Positions 34,682 to 45,018 of a stretch of 64,000 bases of DNA are shown one piece after another. The notes beneath the pieces are model-generated. The model saw only the letters and a list, made by a program, of their open reading frames with translations. It made no database searches and was not told where the DNA came from. The stretch is from Alphaproteobacteria bacterium. GTDB lineage: Bacteria; Pseudomonadota; Alphaproteobacteria; SHVV01. The DNA is taken from the NCBI GenBank assembly GCA_965261735.1, contig OZ253470.1, positions 960,001 to 1,024,000 on the forward strand, read 5' to 3'. The position numbers and the translations under genes were made by a program. Numbering within the stretch: position 1 is the first letter of the stretch; each line of letters starts with the position of its first letter.

Positions 34682-36069
34682 CGCGGGCTCTCCCGGCGCC
34701 CCGGCAGCGCGTGTACGAGCGCGCGAAACCTGTCGCCCCTCGCCGCGAAGTCGCGCCACTGGTCGAACGAGGCGCACGCCGGCGACAACAGCACCACCGG
34801 GTCGGCGCGCGCCTCCTTGCGGGCCAAGACGTGCGCCTGCGCGAGCGCCGATTCGAGATCGCGCGACTCGGTGAGCGCGACGCGGCCCGCGAGCGTCGCG
34901 GCGAAGTCGGGCCCCGCCTCGCCGATCAGGAACGCGTGCGCCAGGCGCGAGAACAGCGGTGCGAGAGCCGCGATGCCGCCCTCCTTCGCGCGCCCCCCGG
35001 CGATCCAATAGATATTGTAGAAGGTGGCAAGCGCGCGGGCCGCGGCCTCGGCGTTGGTCGCCTTGCTATCGTTGACGTAGCGCACGCCTTCGATCACCGC
35101 CACCTCCTCCAACCGGTGAGGAAGCCCGGGAAAGCCGGCCAACGCCGCGACCACGGGTGCGCCCGGCAGGCCGAGGGCGCGGGCGGCGGCAACCGCAGCG
35201 GCCGCGTTCTGCCAGTTGTGCGCACCGCGCAAGCCACGGAGGCCGGCGAGATCGGCGGTAACCGGTTTGGCGCCGGTCGCATCACGCAGCACTCCGTCGA
35301 TGACAGCGACCCCGCCCTCGACCTCGCGCCCAACCGCGACCGGGATGAGGCGCTGGCGCGCAGCCTGTCCAAGCTGGTCGTGGAGGGCCGCGCCACCGGC
35401 GTCGTCGATGCCGATGACCGCCGCGTGGCGCCGGCGCTGGCCGCGGAAGATGCGCTTTTTAGCGGCGACGTATCCCGACAGGCCGCCGTGCCGGTCGAGG
35501 TGGTCGGCGCCGATGTTGAGGAGCACGGCGACGTCGCACACCAGCGTCCGCGTGGTGTCGAGCTGGTAGGACGACAGCTCGAGAACGTAAACGCCGTCCT
35601 CGTCGAGCACCGGAAGGTCGAGCACCGGTTGGCCGAGATTGCCGCCGACCGCGGCCGAGCGCCCCAGCGTAGCGAGGATGTGGCCGATGAGCGCGGTCGT
35701 CGTCGATTTGCCATTGGTGCCGGTCACGCCCACGACGCTGGCCTGCGGCTTGCCGCGGGCGAACAACTCGACGTCGCCGAGCACCTCGCAGCCGGCCTCG
35801 TTCGCGCGCGCGACGACGGGGTGCGGCGACGGGTGGCGGAACGGCACGCCTGGGCTCAAGACGAGCGCGGCCATGGGGTGGAGGTCGCTACGATAGAGGT
35901 TGCCGAGCGGGATCCCGCGCCGCGCCGCCGCGCGGCGCGCGCGCGCATCGTCGTCCCACGCCTGGACGGCGGAGCCCCCGGCCATCAGCGCGCGCGCCGA
36001 GGCCAGGCCGCTGCGCCCGAGGCCGAACACGGCAACGGTGCGATCGGCGAAGACATCGCTCTCGATCAT
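34678..36069 (-). CDS. murD: UDP-MurNAc-L-Ala--D-glutamate ligase
   Basis: TGTNGKSTT, ELSSYQL, NDSKATN and LSPACASFDQ motifs. Confidence 0.97.
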   Translation of the reverse strand: MIESDVFADRTVAVFGLGRSGLASARALMAGGSAVQAWDDDARARRAAARRGIPLGNLYRSDLHPMAALVLSPGVPFRHPSPHPVVARANEAGCEVLGDVELFARGKPQASVVGVTGTNGKSTTTALIGHILATLGRSAAVGGNLGQPVLDLPVLDEDGVYVLELSSYQLDTTRTLVCDVAVLLNIGADHLDRHGGLSGYVAAKKRIFRGQRRRHAAVIGIDDAGGAALHDQLGQAARQRLIPVAVGREVEGGVAVIDGVLRDATGAKPVTADLAGLRGLRGAHNWQNAAAAVAAARALGLPGAPVVAALAGFPGLPHRLEEVAVIEGVRYVNDSKATNAEAAARALATFYNIYWIAGGRAKEGGIAALAPLFSRLAHAFLIGEAGPDFAATLAGRVALTESRDLESALAQAHVLARKEARADPVVLLSPACASFDQWRDFAARGDRFRALVHALPGRRESPR

Positions 36070-36073
36070 TCTA

Positions 36074-37162
36074 TCACCGCAGCTTCAGCGTTGCGAGCCC
36101 GAGGAGCGCGAGCACCAGGGCGATGATCCAGAAGCGGATCACGATCGTCGATTCGGCCCACCCTTTCTGCTCGAAGTGGTGATGCAGCGGGGCCATGCGG
36201 AAGACGCGCCGGCCGGTGAGCTGGAACGACGCGACCTGGACGATCACGGATGCGGTCTCGAGGACGAACAGGCCGCCGATGAGGACCAGCACCAGCTCGT
36301 GCTTGGTGATCACGCTGACGGCGCCGAGCGCGCCGCCAACGGCAAGGCTACCGGTGTCGCCCATGAACACCATGGCCGGCGGCGCGTTGTACCAAAGGAA
36401 GCCGAGGCTCGCGCCGACGAGGGCGCCGCAGAACACCGCGAGCTCGCCGGCCCCGGGAACAGAATGGATCTGGAGGTAGTCGGAGAACACCGCGTTGCCG
36501 GCGAGGTAGGAGATGAGCGCGAACGCGGATGCGGCGATCATGACGGGTACGATCGCCAACCCGTCCAGCCCGTCGGTCAAGTTGACCGAGTTCGACGCGC
36601 CGACCACGACGAAGATCGCGAGCGGCAGGAAGAAGGCGCCGAGTGGAATGAGCACGTCCTTGAAGAACGGAACCGCGAGAGAGGTACTGAGCGGACCCGA
36701 CGTACGCGTCATGATCCACCAGGCCGCGAGCGCCGCGATGGCGACCTCGAGCACCAGCTTGAGGGTCGCAGGGAGCCCGCGGTGGCTGTCGCGGGTGAGC
36801 TTCAGGTAGTCGTCGGCGAAGCCGATGGCGCCGAAGCCCAGCGTCACCAGCATCACAGCCCACACGTAGGTGTTGGTCAGGTCTGCCCATAGCAGCGTGC
36901 CGAACCCGACGCCGAGCAGGATGAGGAAGCCGCCCATCGTCGGCGTTCCCTGCTTGGTCGCGAGGTGGCGCTCGGGCCCATCGGCCCTGATCGGCTGGCC
37001 GTTTCGTTGCCGCGCCTTGAGCCAGCGGATCACCGCCGGGCCGCACAGGAAGCTGATGAGGAGCGCGGTCAGCACCGCACCGCCGGTGCGAAAGGTGATG
37101 TAGCGGAACAGGTTGAAGAAACTGACGTCGTCGGCGAGGGGAAACAACAGGTGGAACAGCAC
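36074..37162 (-). CDS. mraY: phospho-MurNAc-pentapeptide transferase
   Basis: [23 protein letters not shown] and MAPLHHHFE motifs; GTG start. Confidence 0.97.
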   Translation of the reverse strand: MLFHLLFPLADDVSFFNLFRYITFRTGGAVLTALLISFLCGPAVIRWLKARQRNGQPIRADGPERHLATKQGTPTMGGFLILLGVGFGTLLWADLTNTYVWAVMLVTLGFGAIGFADDYLKLTRDSHRGLPATLKLVLEVAIAALAAWWIMTRTSGPLSTSLAVPFFKDVLIPLGAFFLPLAIFVVVGASNSVNLTDGLDGLAIVPVMIAASAFALISYLAGNAVFSDYLQIHSVPGAGELAVFCGALVGASLGFLWYNAPPAMVFMGDTGSLAVGGALGAVSVITKHELVLVLIGGLFVLETASVIVQVASFQLTGRRVFRMAPLHHHFEQKGWAESTIVIRFWIIALVLALLGLATLKLR

Positions 37163-37175
37163 GGGAGTGCGAGCC

Positions 37176-38603
37176 CTAGCCGTTGGCCGCCATCGGCGGC
37201 GGCGCATCGAGTCGAAGCAGCGCGTCCACCACCTCGCGCATACGGCTCGCGAGCGACCCCTTGACCATGACCACATCACCGGGCCGCACCTGGCCGACCA
37301 CGAGCGGGGCCAGGGCGGCTGCCGTGTCGACGTGGCCGGCACGCACCGGCGCGGGCAGGCCGGCAGCGAGGTGAGCCATGTCGGGGCCGGCGGTAAACGC
37401 GAGGTCGATCCCTACCGCAACCAGGTCCTTGGCGAGGGCCGCGTGGAGGCGGGCCGCCTCGGGTCCGAGCTCGAGCATGTCGCCGAGGACGGCAATGCGG
37501 CGTCCTTGGCGTCCGGTCTCGGCCGCGGCCAGCGTGGCAAAAGCGGCGCGCACGGCGACGGGGCTCGCGTTGTAGCTTTCGTCGATCAGCTCGAAGCTGC
37601 CACCGCCGATGGCAATGCGGTGCCGACGGCCGCGGCCCTCGGGGGCGGCCATCCCGGCAAGCGCCATACCGGCGAGGCCGAGATCGGCGCCGAGCGCGAC
37701 CACGGCGGCGAGGACGGCAATACTGTTCATCACCCAGTGCCGCCCCGGCACGCCAACCTTGAAGACGATGGCTTGGCCACCGATGTCGGCCGAGATGCAG
37801 CTCATGTCGGCCTGGTGCGCGGCCTTGATGAGGCGCGCCCAGGCCTCCGGGCCGGCACCGAATCCGAATGTTCGGCCGGCGCCGTGAGCCGCCGCCGCGC
37901 GGGCCAGGCGCTCGTAGTGCGGGTTGTCGCGGTTGAGGATGGCGGTGCCGCCGGGCTCGAGGCCCTCGAAGATCTCGGCCTTGGCTTTGGCGATCGCCTC
38001 GATGGAGCCGAAGTGAGCGAGGTGGACCGCCTCGACGGTCGTGATCAACGCCACGTGCGGCCTTACCAGCCGGGCCAGCGGGCCGAGCTCGCCCGGGTGG
38101 TTCATGCCGAGCTCGAACACCCCGTAGCGCGCGTCCCTCGGCATGCGCGCGAGGCTCACCGGCACGCCCCACTGATTGTTGTAGCTGGCGACGCTGGCAT
38201 GAGTCGGACCTTGGCGGCCGAGCGCGAGCTTCAATGCCTCCTTGGTCCCGGTCTTGCCGACGCTGCCGGTGACCGCGATGATAGAGGCCGAACTGCGGGC
38301 GCGCGCGGCGCCGCCGAGGGCGTTGAGGGCTCGCATCGTATCGTCGACCAGCAGCAGCGGTGCGCCGCGCCGCTGGGCGCCGGGCCGGCGGCTCACGACC
38401 GCCGCGGCCGCGCCCCGGTCGAGCGCTTCGACGACGTGGCGGTGGCCGTCCGTGTTCGGCCCCTCGAGCGCCACGAACAAATCGCCGGCGACCAGCGTGC
38501 GGCTGTCGATCGACACGCCGTGCGCCACCCACTCGTCGAGGGGCGCGCCCGCCGTGGCGGCCGCCGCCTCGGCCGCGCTCCACAATGGCAGCGGCGCGCT
38601 CAT
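37176..38603 (-). CDS. murF: UDP-MurNAc-tripeptide--D-Ala-D-Ala ligase
   Basis: [24 protein letters not shown] and LGDMLELG motifs. Confidence 0.96.
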   Translation of the reverse strand: MSAPLPLWSAAEAAAATAGAPLDEWVAHGVSIDSRTLVAGDLFVALEGPNTDGHRHVVEALDRGAAAAVVSRRPGAQRRGAPLLLVDDTMRALNALGGAARARSSASIIAVTGSVGKTGTKEALKLALGRQGPTHASVASYNNQWGVPVSLARMPRDARYGVFELGMNHPGELGPLARLVRPHVALITTVEAVHLAHFGSIEAIAKAKAEIFEGLEPGGTAILNRDNPHYERLARAAAAHGAGRTFGFGAGPEAWARLIKAAHQADMSCISADIGGQAIVFKVGVPGRHWVMNSIAVLAAVVALGADLGLAGMALAGMAAPEGRGRRHRIAIGGGSFELIDESYNASPVAVRAAFATLAAAETGRQGRRIAVLGDMLELGPEAARLHAALAKDLVAVGIDLAFTAGPDMAHLAAGLPAPVRAGHVDTAAALAPLVVGQVRPGDVVMVKGSLASRMREVVDALLRLDAPPPMAANG

Positions 38604-40069
38604 GCCGGACAGTCCTCGAGTCTTGCAGTCAAGCCCGCCGCTAGGTCCGCGACGCACGCGCGCGCGACTTCCGCGTCATCGAACGGGCGTACCTGCCCGC
38701 CGACGATCTGCCCGCGCTCGTGGCCCTTGCCGGCCACCACCAGCACGTCGCCTCGGCGCAGCCTGCCGATCGCGGTGCCAATCGCCGCGCCGCGGTCGCC
38801 GACCTCGTCGGCATCGGGACAGCCGGCCATGATCTCGCCGCGGATCGCCGCCGCGTCTTCGCCGCGTGGGTTGTCGTCGGTGACGATCGCCCAGTCCGCA
38901 TGCTTGGCGGCAACGCGCCCCATGAGCGGCCGCTTCGCGCGATCGCGATCGCCTCCGCAGCCGAACACGACGCCGAGCGAACGCTCGGTGTAGGGCCGGA
39001 GCCCGAGCAGCGCGCGCTCGAGCGCGTCCGGGGTGTGGGCATAGTCGACGAACACGGGCGCCCCGCTCGGGTGGCGCGCCACGTTTTCGAGGCGCCCCGG
39101 CACCACGGTGAGGTCGCCAATCGTAGCCAGCGCCGAATCTGGGGAGGCGCCGGCCGCGACGACCAGGGCCAACGCACAAAGGACGTTGTACGCCTGGAAC
39201 TCACCGACCAGCGATAGCGCCGCCTGGTGGCGCTCGCCGGCAACGATAAGCGTCAGGCGCTGGCCGCCGAGCACGAGCTCCTGATGATCGAGCCTGAAGT
39301 CGGCGCCGGCCTGCCCGAAGCTGACCACGCGCAGGCCGCGCGCGTGGCACAGTTCGCTAAGCTGCCCGAACTCCGCCACATCGGCATTGAGCACGGCGGT
39401 GCCCCCATCCATCACCTGGCCGAACAGTCGCGATTTGGCGGCCAGGTAGGACTCTGCGGCACCGTGATAATCGAGGTGATCGTGGCTCAGGTTGGTGAAC
39501 GCTGCCGCCGCCAGTCGAACGCCGTCGAGGCGATACTGATCGAGTCCGTGGCTCGAGGCTTCCAGCGCTACGTGATCGACCCCGCGCCCGGCGAGCTCGG
39601 CGAGCAGGCGATGCAGCGATACGGGCTCGGGCGTGGTCACGGGCAGGAACCGGCTCAGCCCTGGCGCGTGCACGCCGAGGGTGCCGATCGACGCCGCTTC
39701 GAGGCCGAGATGGCGCCACATTTGGGTGACGAACGAGGCCACCGACGTCTTGCCGTTGGTGCCCGTCACCGCGACCGCGATGGCGGGCTGCGCGCCGAAG
39801 AACGTGGCTGCGATAAGAGCGAGGCGGCGGCGCGGATTGACGTCGGTGACGAGCGCGACACGCTCGCCCGGCGACGGCGTGCCGGGCGGCGCGAGGATAG
39901 CACCCGCGCCGGCGGCGAGCGCGGCAGCGATATAATCGGCCCCGTTCGCGCGGCTTCCGGTCAGCGCCGCAAACAGGAAACCCGGTCGAACCTCGGCACT
40001 GTGAGCGGTGAGGCCGGTGATCTCCGGGTCCACCGCCAGCCCCCCGCCGATGAGCTTAGAAAGCCGCAT
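38600..40069 (-). CDS. murE: UDP-MurNAc-dipeptide--DAP ligase
   Basis: TGTNGKTS, EASSHGL, DYAHTPDAL, DNPR (DAP-type) and AGKGHE motifs. Confidence 0.97.
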   Translation of the reverse strand: MRLSKLIGGGLAVDPEITGLTAHSAEVRPGFLFAALTGSRANGADYIAAALAAGAGAILAPPGTPSPGERVALVTDVNPRRRLALIAATFFGAQPAIAVAVTGTNGKTSVASFVTQMWRHLGLEAASIGTLGVHAPGLSRFLPVTTPEPVSLHRLLAELAGRGVDHVALEASSHGLDQYRLDGVRLAAAAFTNLSHDHLDYHGAAESYLAAKSRLFGQVMDGGTAVLNADVAEFGQLSELCHARGLRVVSFGQAGADFRLDHQELVLGGQRLTLIVAGERHQAALSLVGEFQAYNVLCALALVVAAGASPDSALATIGDLTVVPGRLENVARHPSGAPVFVDYAHTPDALERALLGLRPYTERSLGVVFGCGGDRDRAKRPLMGRVAAKHADWAIVTDDNPRGEDAAAIRGEIMAGCPDADEVGDRGAAIGTAIGRLRRGDVLVVAGKGHERGQIVGGQVRPFDDAEVARACVADLAAGLTARLEDCPA

Positions 40070-41780
40070 TGCGACCCCGCTTGGCGGTTCCGGCGACGAG
40101 CAGCCCGCGGCGCGTATCACTCGAGGGGTCGGCGACGGGCACGACGCCGAGCAGCGGGCCGACGCGGCCGATGACGCGCCCGACCACCGGCGCCGCGGTC
40201 CAGCCGCCGGTCGCGAAGCCCTGTGTGGCATCGGTGCCGCGCGGCTCGTCGAGCAGCGCAAGTACGAGATAGCGCGGCGCCCCCATGGGAAACACCCCGA
40301 CGAACGAGGACACCAAAACGCCCCGCCGATAGCCGCGGCGCCCGGGCTTCTCGGCCGTTCCCGTCTTACCGCCGACCGCATAGCCGGGCCGGCCCGCCTT
40401 GCGGCCGGTACCATGCTCCACGACCAGCCGCAGCAGCCGGCGCATCGTGTGCGAGGTGTCGGCCGAGATCACCCTGAGGCCGGCGGGTTGGTGGCCCGGT
40501 TCGCGGCGCACCAGGGTCGGCGGGACGAGGACGCCGTCGTTGGCGAGCGCCGCAAAACCGACCGCGAGCTGCAGGGGGCTGACGGCGATGCCGTGACCGA
40601 AGGCCACCGTCATGGTGTTGATGTCGCGCCATGGCGAGGGCACTAGCGGCTCGCCGACCTCGGGCAGCTCGATGCGGGGCGCATTAAGGAGGCCAACGCG
40701 CGCCAGGAACGAGCGTTGGCGCTCGCCGCCGACGTCGAGCGCCATCTTGGCGGCCCCAATGTTGGAGGAATAGACGAAGATTTCGGGGACGGTGAGCCAC
40801 CGCCGCTTGGCGTGGTAGTCGCGAATGAGGTAGCGGGCGATACGGATCGGCTGCGACGCATCGTAGCCGTCGGATACCTTGACGACGCCTGCGTCGAGCG
40901 CGACCGCGGTGGTGAACGCCTTGAAGGTCGAACCCATTTCGTAGACGCCGAGGGTCGCGCGATTGAACAGGGCCTCGGCGGCGAAGTCGCCGGCGCGGTT
41001 GGGATCGAAGTCGGGCAACGATACGAGCGCCAGCGTCTCGCCCGTCCTGACGTCGAGCACCAAGCCGGCGGCCCCGGCCGCTTGGTGGCGGCGTACCGCG
41101 GCGCCGAGCTCGTCGGCGAGCGCGTGCTGAACACGATGATCGAGGCTGAGGGCGAGCGCGCCCGTCCCCGGTGCGGTGAGGGAGGCATCGAAGAACCTCT
41201 CGATGCCGGCGAGGCCGCTATTGTCGATACCGCTGAAGCCGAGAACGTGCGCCGCCAGCCGCCCGAGCGGATAGACGCGGCGCGGCTCGTTCTGAAACGC
41301 GAGGCCAGGAATGCCGAGGCGGTTGACGGCGTATTGCTGCCTCGGGGCGAGACCGCGCTTGAGCCACACGAAGGACTTGCCCGACGCGAGCTTGTTCGCC
41401 ACGGCGCCCGCATCGAGGCCAGGTAGCGTGCGCGCAAGCGCGGCCGCGGCGCGCTCCGCGTCGATGATGCGGCGTGGATTGGCGTAGAGCGAAGCGGTCG
41501 TCAGCGTGGTCGCGAGCAGCATGCCATTACGGTCGATGATGTCGGCGCGCGGCTGCGCCGCGATCGCCGGCTGCGCGACCAGGCGCAACTCGTTGCGGTC
41601 GCGCAGGAGCGTGAGGTCGACGAGCCGGCCGGCGATGACGACGAACGCAAGCGCGAACACCGCGCCCACGGTAAGCAGGCGGCGATGCCCGCGTTCGATA
41701 ACGCACTCGGGCGCGCTCGCGGCCGCGTCGGCGGCGCGCCGGGCCGGCACACTGGGGGTGCCATGCTGAAGGGCGGTCAT
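40056..41780 (-). CDS. ftsI: penicillin-binding protein 3
   Basis: GSTFK (SxxK), SSN and KTGT motifs. Confidence 0.96.
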   Translation of the reverse strand: MTALQHGTPSVPARRAADAAASAPECVIERGHRRLLTVGAVFALAFVVIAGRLVDLTLLRDRNELRLVAQPAIAAQPRADIIDRNGMLLATTLTTASLYANPRRIIDAERAAAALARTLPGLDAGAVANKLASGKSFVWLKRGLAPRQQYAVNRLGIPGLAFQNEPRRVYPLGRLAAHVLGFSGIDNSGLAGIERFFDASLTAPGTGALALSLDHRVQHALADELGAAVRRHQAAGAAGLVLDVRTGETLALVSLPDFDPNRAGDFAAEALFNRATLGVYEMGSTFKAFTTAVALDAGVVKVSDGYDASQPIRIARYLIRDYHAKRRWLTVPEIFVYSSNIGAAKMALDVGGERQRSFLARVGLLNAPRIELPEVGEPLVPSPWRDINTMTVAFGHGIAVSPLQLAVGFAALANDGVLVPPTLVRREPGHQPAGLRVISADTSHTMRRLLRLVVEHGTGRKAGRPGYAVGGKTGTAEKPGRRGYRRGVLVSSFVGVFPMGAPRYLVLALLDEPRGTDATQGFATGGWTAAPVVGRVIGRVGPLLGVVPVADPSSDTRRGLLVAGTAKRGRNAAF

Positions 41781-42124
41781 GGCGCCGCCCTCGGCGGTGC
41801 GGCGCGCGCGATCGCGGGCGGCCGCGGAAGTGGGATCGCGACGGCGGGCCGGCGCAGCGGAAGCTCGAGCACGGTTCCGATTTGATGCAGCGCGAGCGGC
41901 GCCAGGCCGAGGTGGCGCACCGCCAACTCATCGAGCCGCTCGGGCCGGTTGAGGTAGCTCCATTCGGCCCTGAGCACGCGGACCGCTTCCTGCTCGACGA
42001 GAATGGCCTTGTTCACGGCGGTCATCCGCGCCTCGAGCCGCATAACCTCCTGCTTGAGATGGTAGAGGCCGAGCGAGATCACGGCCGCGAGGGCCAGCAT
42101 GGTGAGCATGAGCGGACGCCTCAC
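41777..42124 (-). CDS. ftsL: cell division protein FtsL
   Basis: TM helix, coiled coil, LRAEWSYLNRPERL; synteny. Confidence 0.88.
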   Translation of the reverse strand: MRRPLMLTMLALAAVISLGLYHLKQEVMRLEARMTAVNKAILVEQEAVRVLRAEWSYLNRPERLDELAVRHLGLAPLALHQIGTVLELPLRRPAVAIPLPRPPAIARAAPPRAAP

Positions 42125-43098
42125 GCCGCCGCCTCGCCGTCCCAGGCCGGCGCCGCCGTGCGAACGGCACCGCGCAGCCGCGCCGAGCGCGCCCGCGGAT
42201 TGGCGGCCACCTCGGCCGGCGGCGGCCGGCGCGCGCCGCGCGAGGCGAGTTCGAAGGAAGGCGAGCGTTCGGCGCCGGCGGGGGGTGCGTGGCGGCTCGG
42301 GCGCGGCGCCTGTCCGCCGCGCGCGCGGAGAAACGATTTGACCAGCCGGTCCTCGAGCGAATGAAACGATATGACGGCCAGCCGCCCGCCGGCCCTGAGT
42401 ACGCGCTCGGCTTTACTGAGGCCACGGGAGAGCTCGCCGAGTTCGTCGTTCACGTGGATGCGAAGCGCTTGGAAGGTGCGCGTCGCGGGGTGAATCGAGC
42501 CGGCGGGCCCGCGCGGCACGACGGTGGCGATAACCTCGACCAGCTCGCCCGTGCGCTCGATCGGCCGGCGCGCGCGGGCGGCGACGATGGCGCGTGCCAG
42601 GCGGCGCGCGTGGCGTTCCTCGCCGAGACGCCGGATGATATCGGCGAGCGTGCCCTCGTCCGCGTGATTGACGACGTCGCGGGCCGAGTCACCGCTGCGG
42701 TTCATGCGCATGTCGAGCGGGCCGTCGGCGCGAAAGGAGAATCCGCGCGCCGGATCGTCGAGCTGCATCGACGAGACCCCGAGATCGAGGGCGATGCCGT
42801 CGACCGCGGTGACGCCGTGGCTGGCGAGCAACGCCTCCATCTGCGAGAAGCGCCCCTCGATAAGGACCAGGCGCTCGCCGTGCCGGCGCGCCAGGGCTCG
42901 CCCCGCCGCGAGCGCCGCCGGATCGCGGTCGATCGCGAAAACCCGACAGCGCGCGGCCTCGAGCAGCGCACGAGTCGTGCCGCCGCCGCCGAAGGTGCCG
43001 TCGACGAGGATGTCGCCGTCGGCCGGCGCAAGCAGCTCGAGTACCTCGGCCAGCATGACCGGCCGATGCGCCGCATCCGAGATGGCGGCCGCCATCAC
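42121..43098 (-). CDS. rsmH: 16S rRNA C1402 methyltransferase
   Basis: HRPVML, DGTFGGGG, DLGVSSMQ, ISFHSLEDR and NPRARSA motifs. Confidence 0.97.
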   Translation of the reverse strand: MMAAAISDAAHRPVMLAEVLELLAPADGDILVDGTFGGGGTTRALLEAARCRVFAIDRDPAALAAGRALARRHGERLVLIEGRFSQMEALLASHGVTAVDGIALDLGVSSMQLDDPARGFSFRADGPLDMRMNRSGDSARDVVNHADEGTLADIIRRLGEERHARRLARAIVAARARRPIERTGELVEVIATVVPRGPAGSIHPATRTFQALRIHVNDELGELSRGLSKAERVLRAGGRLAVISFHSLEDRLVKSFLRARGGQAPRPSRHAPPAGAERSPSFELASRGARRPPPAEVAANPRARSARLRGAVRTAAPAWDGEAAA

Positions 43099-43550
43099 GA
43101 CCCCCCGCCGTTACCGAGCGCGCCGCGCTCCTTGCGCGCGAGCGCGAGGGCCTCGGCCTCGACCTCGGTATAGGCCGCGGCGTTCCAGATCTGAAAGGCA
43201 TCGCCGAGGCCGACGAACATCGCGCGCTCGGAGATGTTGGCGTGCGCCATCAGGGCCTCGGACAGCATTACCCGGCCCTCGCCGTCCCACGGCAGCGGCT
43301 GGCTGGCCGCGAAGATCGCGTTGGCGAAGCCGGCGCGCTCGTCGCTGAAGGGGTTGAACTGGCCGATGGTGCGGCCGAGGTCTTCGAGGAAGTCCATGCC
43401 GCAGCCGTCGATGGCCGGGGCCAGGAACGAGGGCCGGGCGACGATGCCGGCGAAGCTCTGTCCCGCGAGCACAGCGCGGAAGGTCGCCGGTACGGAGACC
43501 CGGCCCTTCTTATCGACCTTGTTGACGAACTTCGACAGGAACAGCGCCAA
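43095..43550 (-). CDS. mraZ: transcriptional regulator MraZ
   Basis: KVDKKGRVSVPA, DGEGRV and GLGDAFQIW motifs; TTG start preceded by GGAGG. Confidence 0.93.
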   Translation of the reverse strand: MALFLSKFVNKVDKKGRVSVPATFRAVLAGQSFAGIVARPSFLAPAIDGCGMDFLEDLGRTIGQFNPFSDERAGFANAIFAASQPLPWDGEGRVMLSEALMAHANISERAMFVGLGDAFQIWNAAAYTEVEAEALALARKERGALGNGGGS

Positions 43551-43627
43551 CCAGCGTCCTCCGCCTTCGGTTCTCGTGCGCGCTGTCGCCAAGCGATGCA
43601 CCCCCCGGACCCCGAATGGCCACGGCC

Positions 43628-43672
43628 TGGGACATCGTGGGATATCATGGGGTTATATGGTCGTCAATGGTT
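43628..43672. promoter_or_regulatory. MraZ-binding (dcw) boxes
   Basis: TGGGA-N5-TGGGA-N5-TGGGG-N5-TGGTC-N5-TGGTT, exact 10-bp period, about 80-120 bp upstream of mraZ. Confidence 0.75.
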
Positions 43673-43797
43673 TAACGAGGTGGCTGAAAGAATACGCGAT
43701 GAATAGATGACGCCCGTACCACCTCACCACTTGTCGCATGGGGTCGCGGGTAAGGTGATCGATCGACAGTCGTAATGGCGAATCAAGGCGAAATTGT

Positions 43798-43812
43798 GTT
43801 CTTGCTATGTTC
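43798..43812. promoter_or_regulatory. alphaproteobacterial LexA (SOS) box
   Basis: GTTC-TTGCTAT-GTTC is a perfect GTTC-N7-GTTC with an AT-rich spacer. Confidence 0.65.
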
Positions 43813-43827
43813 TTATTGTGATAATAC

Positions 43828-44910
43828 CTAGTGGATTGATTCCAACGTTTGGAACCCTCTGTTTCGTGCGGCGATGATATGATCGGGGTCGGCTTTCCAG
43901 ATGAAGGGTTTTGGGTTTGCGTCATTGTATTCGCGGACAAATCGGTTGATGGCGTCCTGAAGGTCGACGACGGATTGGAAGACGCCGTATTTGAGCCTGC
44001 GCCGCGTTAGTTTGGCGAAGAAGCCCTCGACGGCATTGAGCCACGAGCACGAGGTTGGCGTGAAGTGGAAGGTCCAGCGTGGATGGCGGGCGAGCCAGGC
44101 GCGGACCTTGTCCTTCTTGTGCGCGGCGTAGTTGTCGAGGATGACGTGGACGGCCTTGTCCGTCGGCACCTCGCGCTCGATGCGGTTGAGGAAGCGGATG
44201 AACTCCTGATGGCGGTGGCGCTGCATGTTCTGTGCGATGACCGTACCGTCCAGCACGTTGAGCGCGGCGAACAGCGTCGTCGTGCCATGCCGTTTGTAAT
44301 CATAGGTCATCGTACCGGCGCGGCCCTTCTTCATCGGCAAGCCGGGTTGGGTGCGGTCGAGCGCCTGGATCTGTGATTTCTCATCAACCGACAGCACCAC
44401 GGCATGGGCCGGCGGATCGACATACAAGCCGACGATATCTGTGAGCTTCTCGGCGAAGGCGGGATCATTGGAGAGCTTGAAGTGCCGCCAGCGGTGCGGG
44501 CTGAGGCCATGGGCCTTCCAGATCGCTTGGACCGTCGACGCCGCGACGCCAGCAACCTTCGCCATCGCGCGCAGCGTCCAGTGGGTCGCCTCGTGCGGCG
44601 GCGCTTGCTGGGTCAGGCGGACGATCTCGGCGACGCGCTCCGGCGGGATCGGCGCTTTGCCAGGCGGACGGGACCTGTCGCGAAGCAAGCCGTTGACACC
44701 CTCGTGCATGAACCGCTCCTGCCAGCGCCAGACACAGGTCTTGGACTTGCCGGTCTCGGCCATGATCGACGAGTTCCCGAGCCCCTCGTCGCTCTTCAGG
44801 ATGATCCGCGCCCGCCAGACATGTTTCTGCGAGCTCTTCGGGTCCGCGACGATAGCTTGCAATCGCTGACGGTCGCCAGACGTGACAGTAAAATGGATGC
44901 CGGTGCGCAT
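43828..44910 (-). CDS. IS630 family transposase (intact)
   Basis: VDEKSQIQAL, ILDNYAAH and WLNAVE DDE motifs; N-terminal HTH. Confidence 0.95.
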   Translation of the reverse strand: MRTGIHFTVTSGDRQRLQAIVADPKSSQKHVWRARIILKSDEGLGNSSIMAETGKSKTCVWRWQERFMHEGVNGLLRDRSRPPGKAPIPPERVAEIVRLTQQAPPHEATHWTLRAMAKVAGVAASTVQAIWKAHGLSPHRWRHFKLSNDPAFAEKLTDIVGLYVDPPAHAVVLSVDEKSQIQALDRTQPGLPMKKGRAGTMTYDYKRHGTTTLFAALNVLDGTVIAQNMQRHRHQEFIRFLNRIEREVPTDKAVHVILDNYAAHKKDKVRAWLARHPRWTFHFTPTSCSWLNAVEGFFAKLTRRRLKYGVFQSVVDLQDAINRFVREYNDANPKPFIWKADPDHIIAARNRGFQTLESIH

Positions 44911-44982
44911 AGCACAGACTCGCATGACACCGCACAATACGGAATCTCAAATCGGACTCTTTCGTTCCGATCAATCCACTAG
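43828..44982 (-). mobile_element. IS630 family insertion sequence
   Basis: Terminal IRs CTAGTGGATTGAT...ATCAATCCACTAG with TA at both ends. Confidence 0.92.
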
Positions 44983-45018
44983 AATCATCGCCCCCACGGG
45001 CGCATGGCCGCACGCCGC

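Noticed and set aside
29097-40414. Apparent N-terminal extensions or fusions on ddl, murC, murG, ftsW, mraY and murE in the ORF track
   Set aside because: These are stop-poor alternative frames overlapping the upstream genes in GC-rich DNA. True starts overlap or closely follow the upstream stops.
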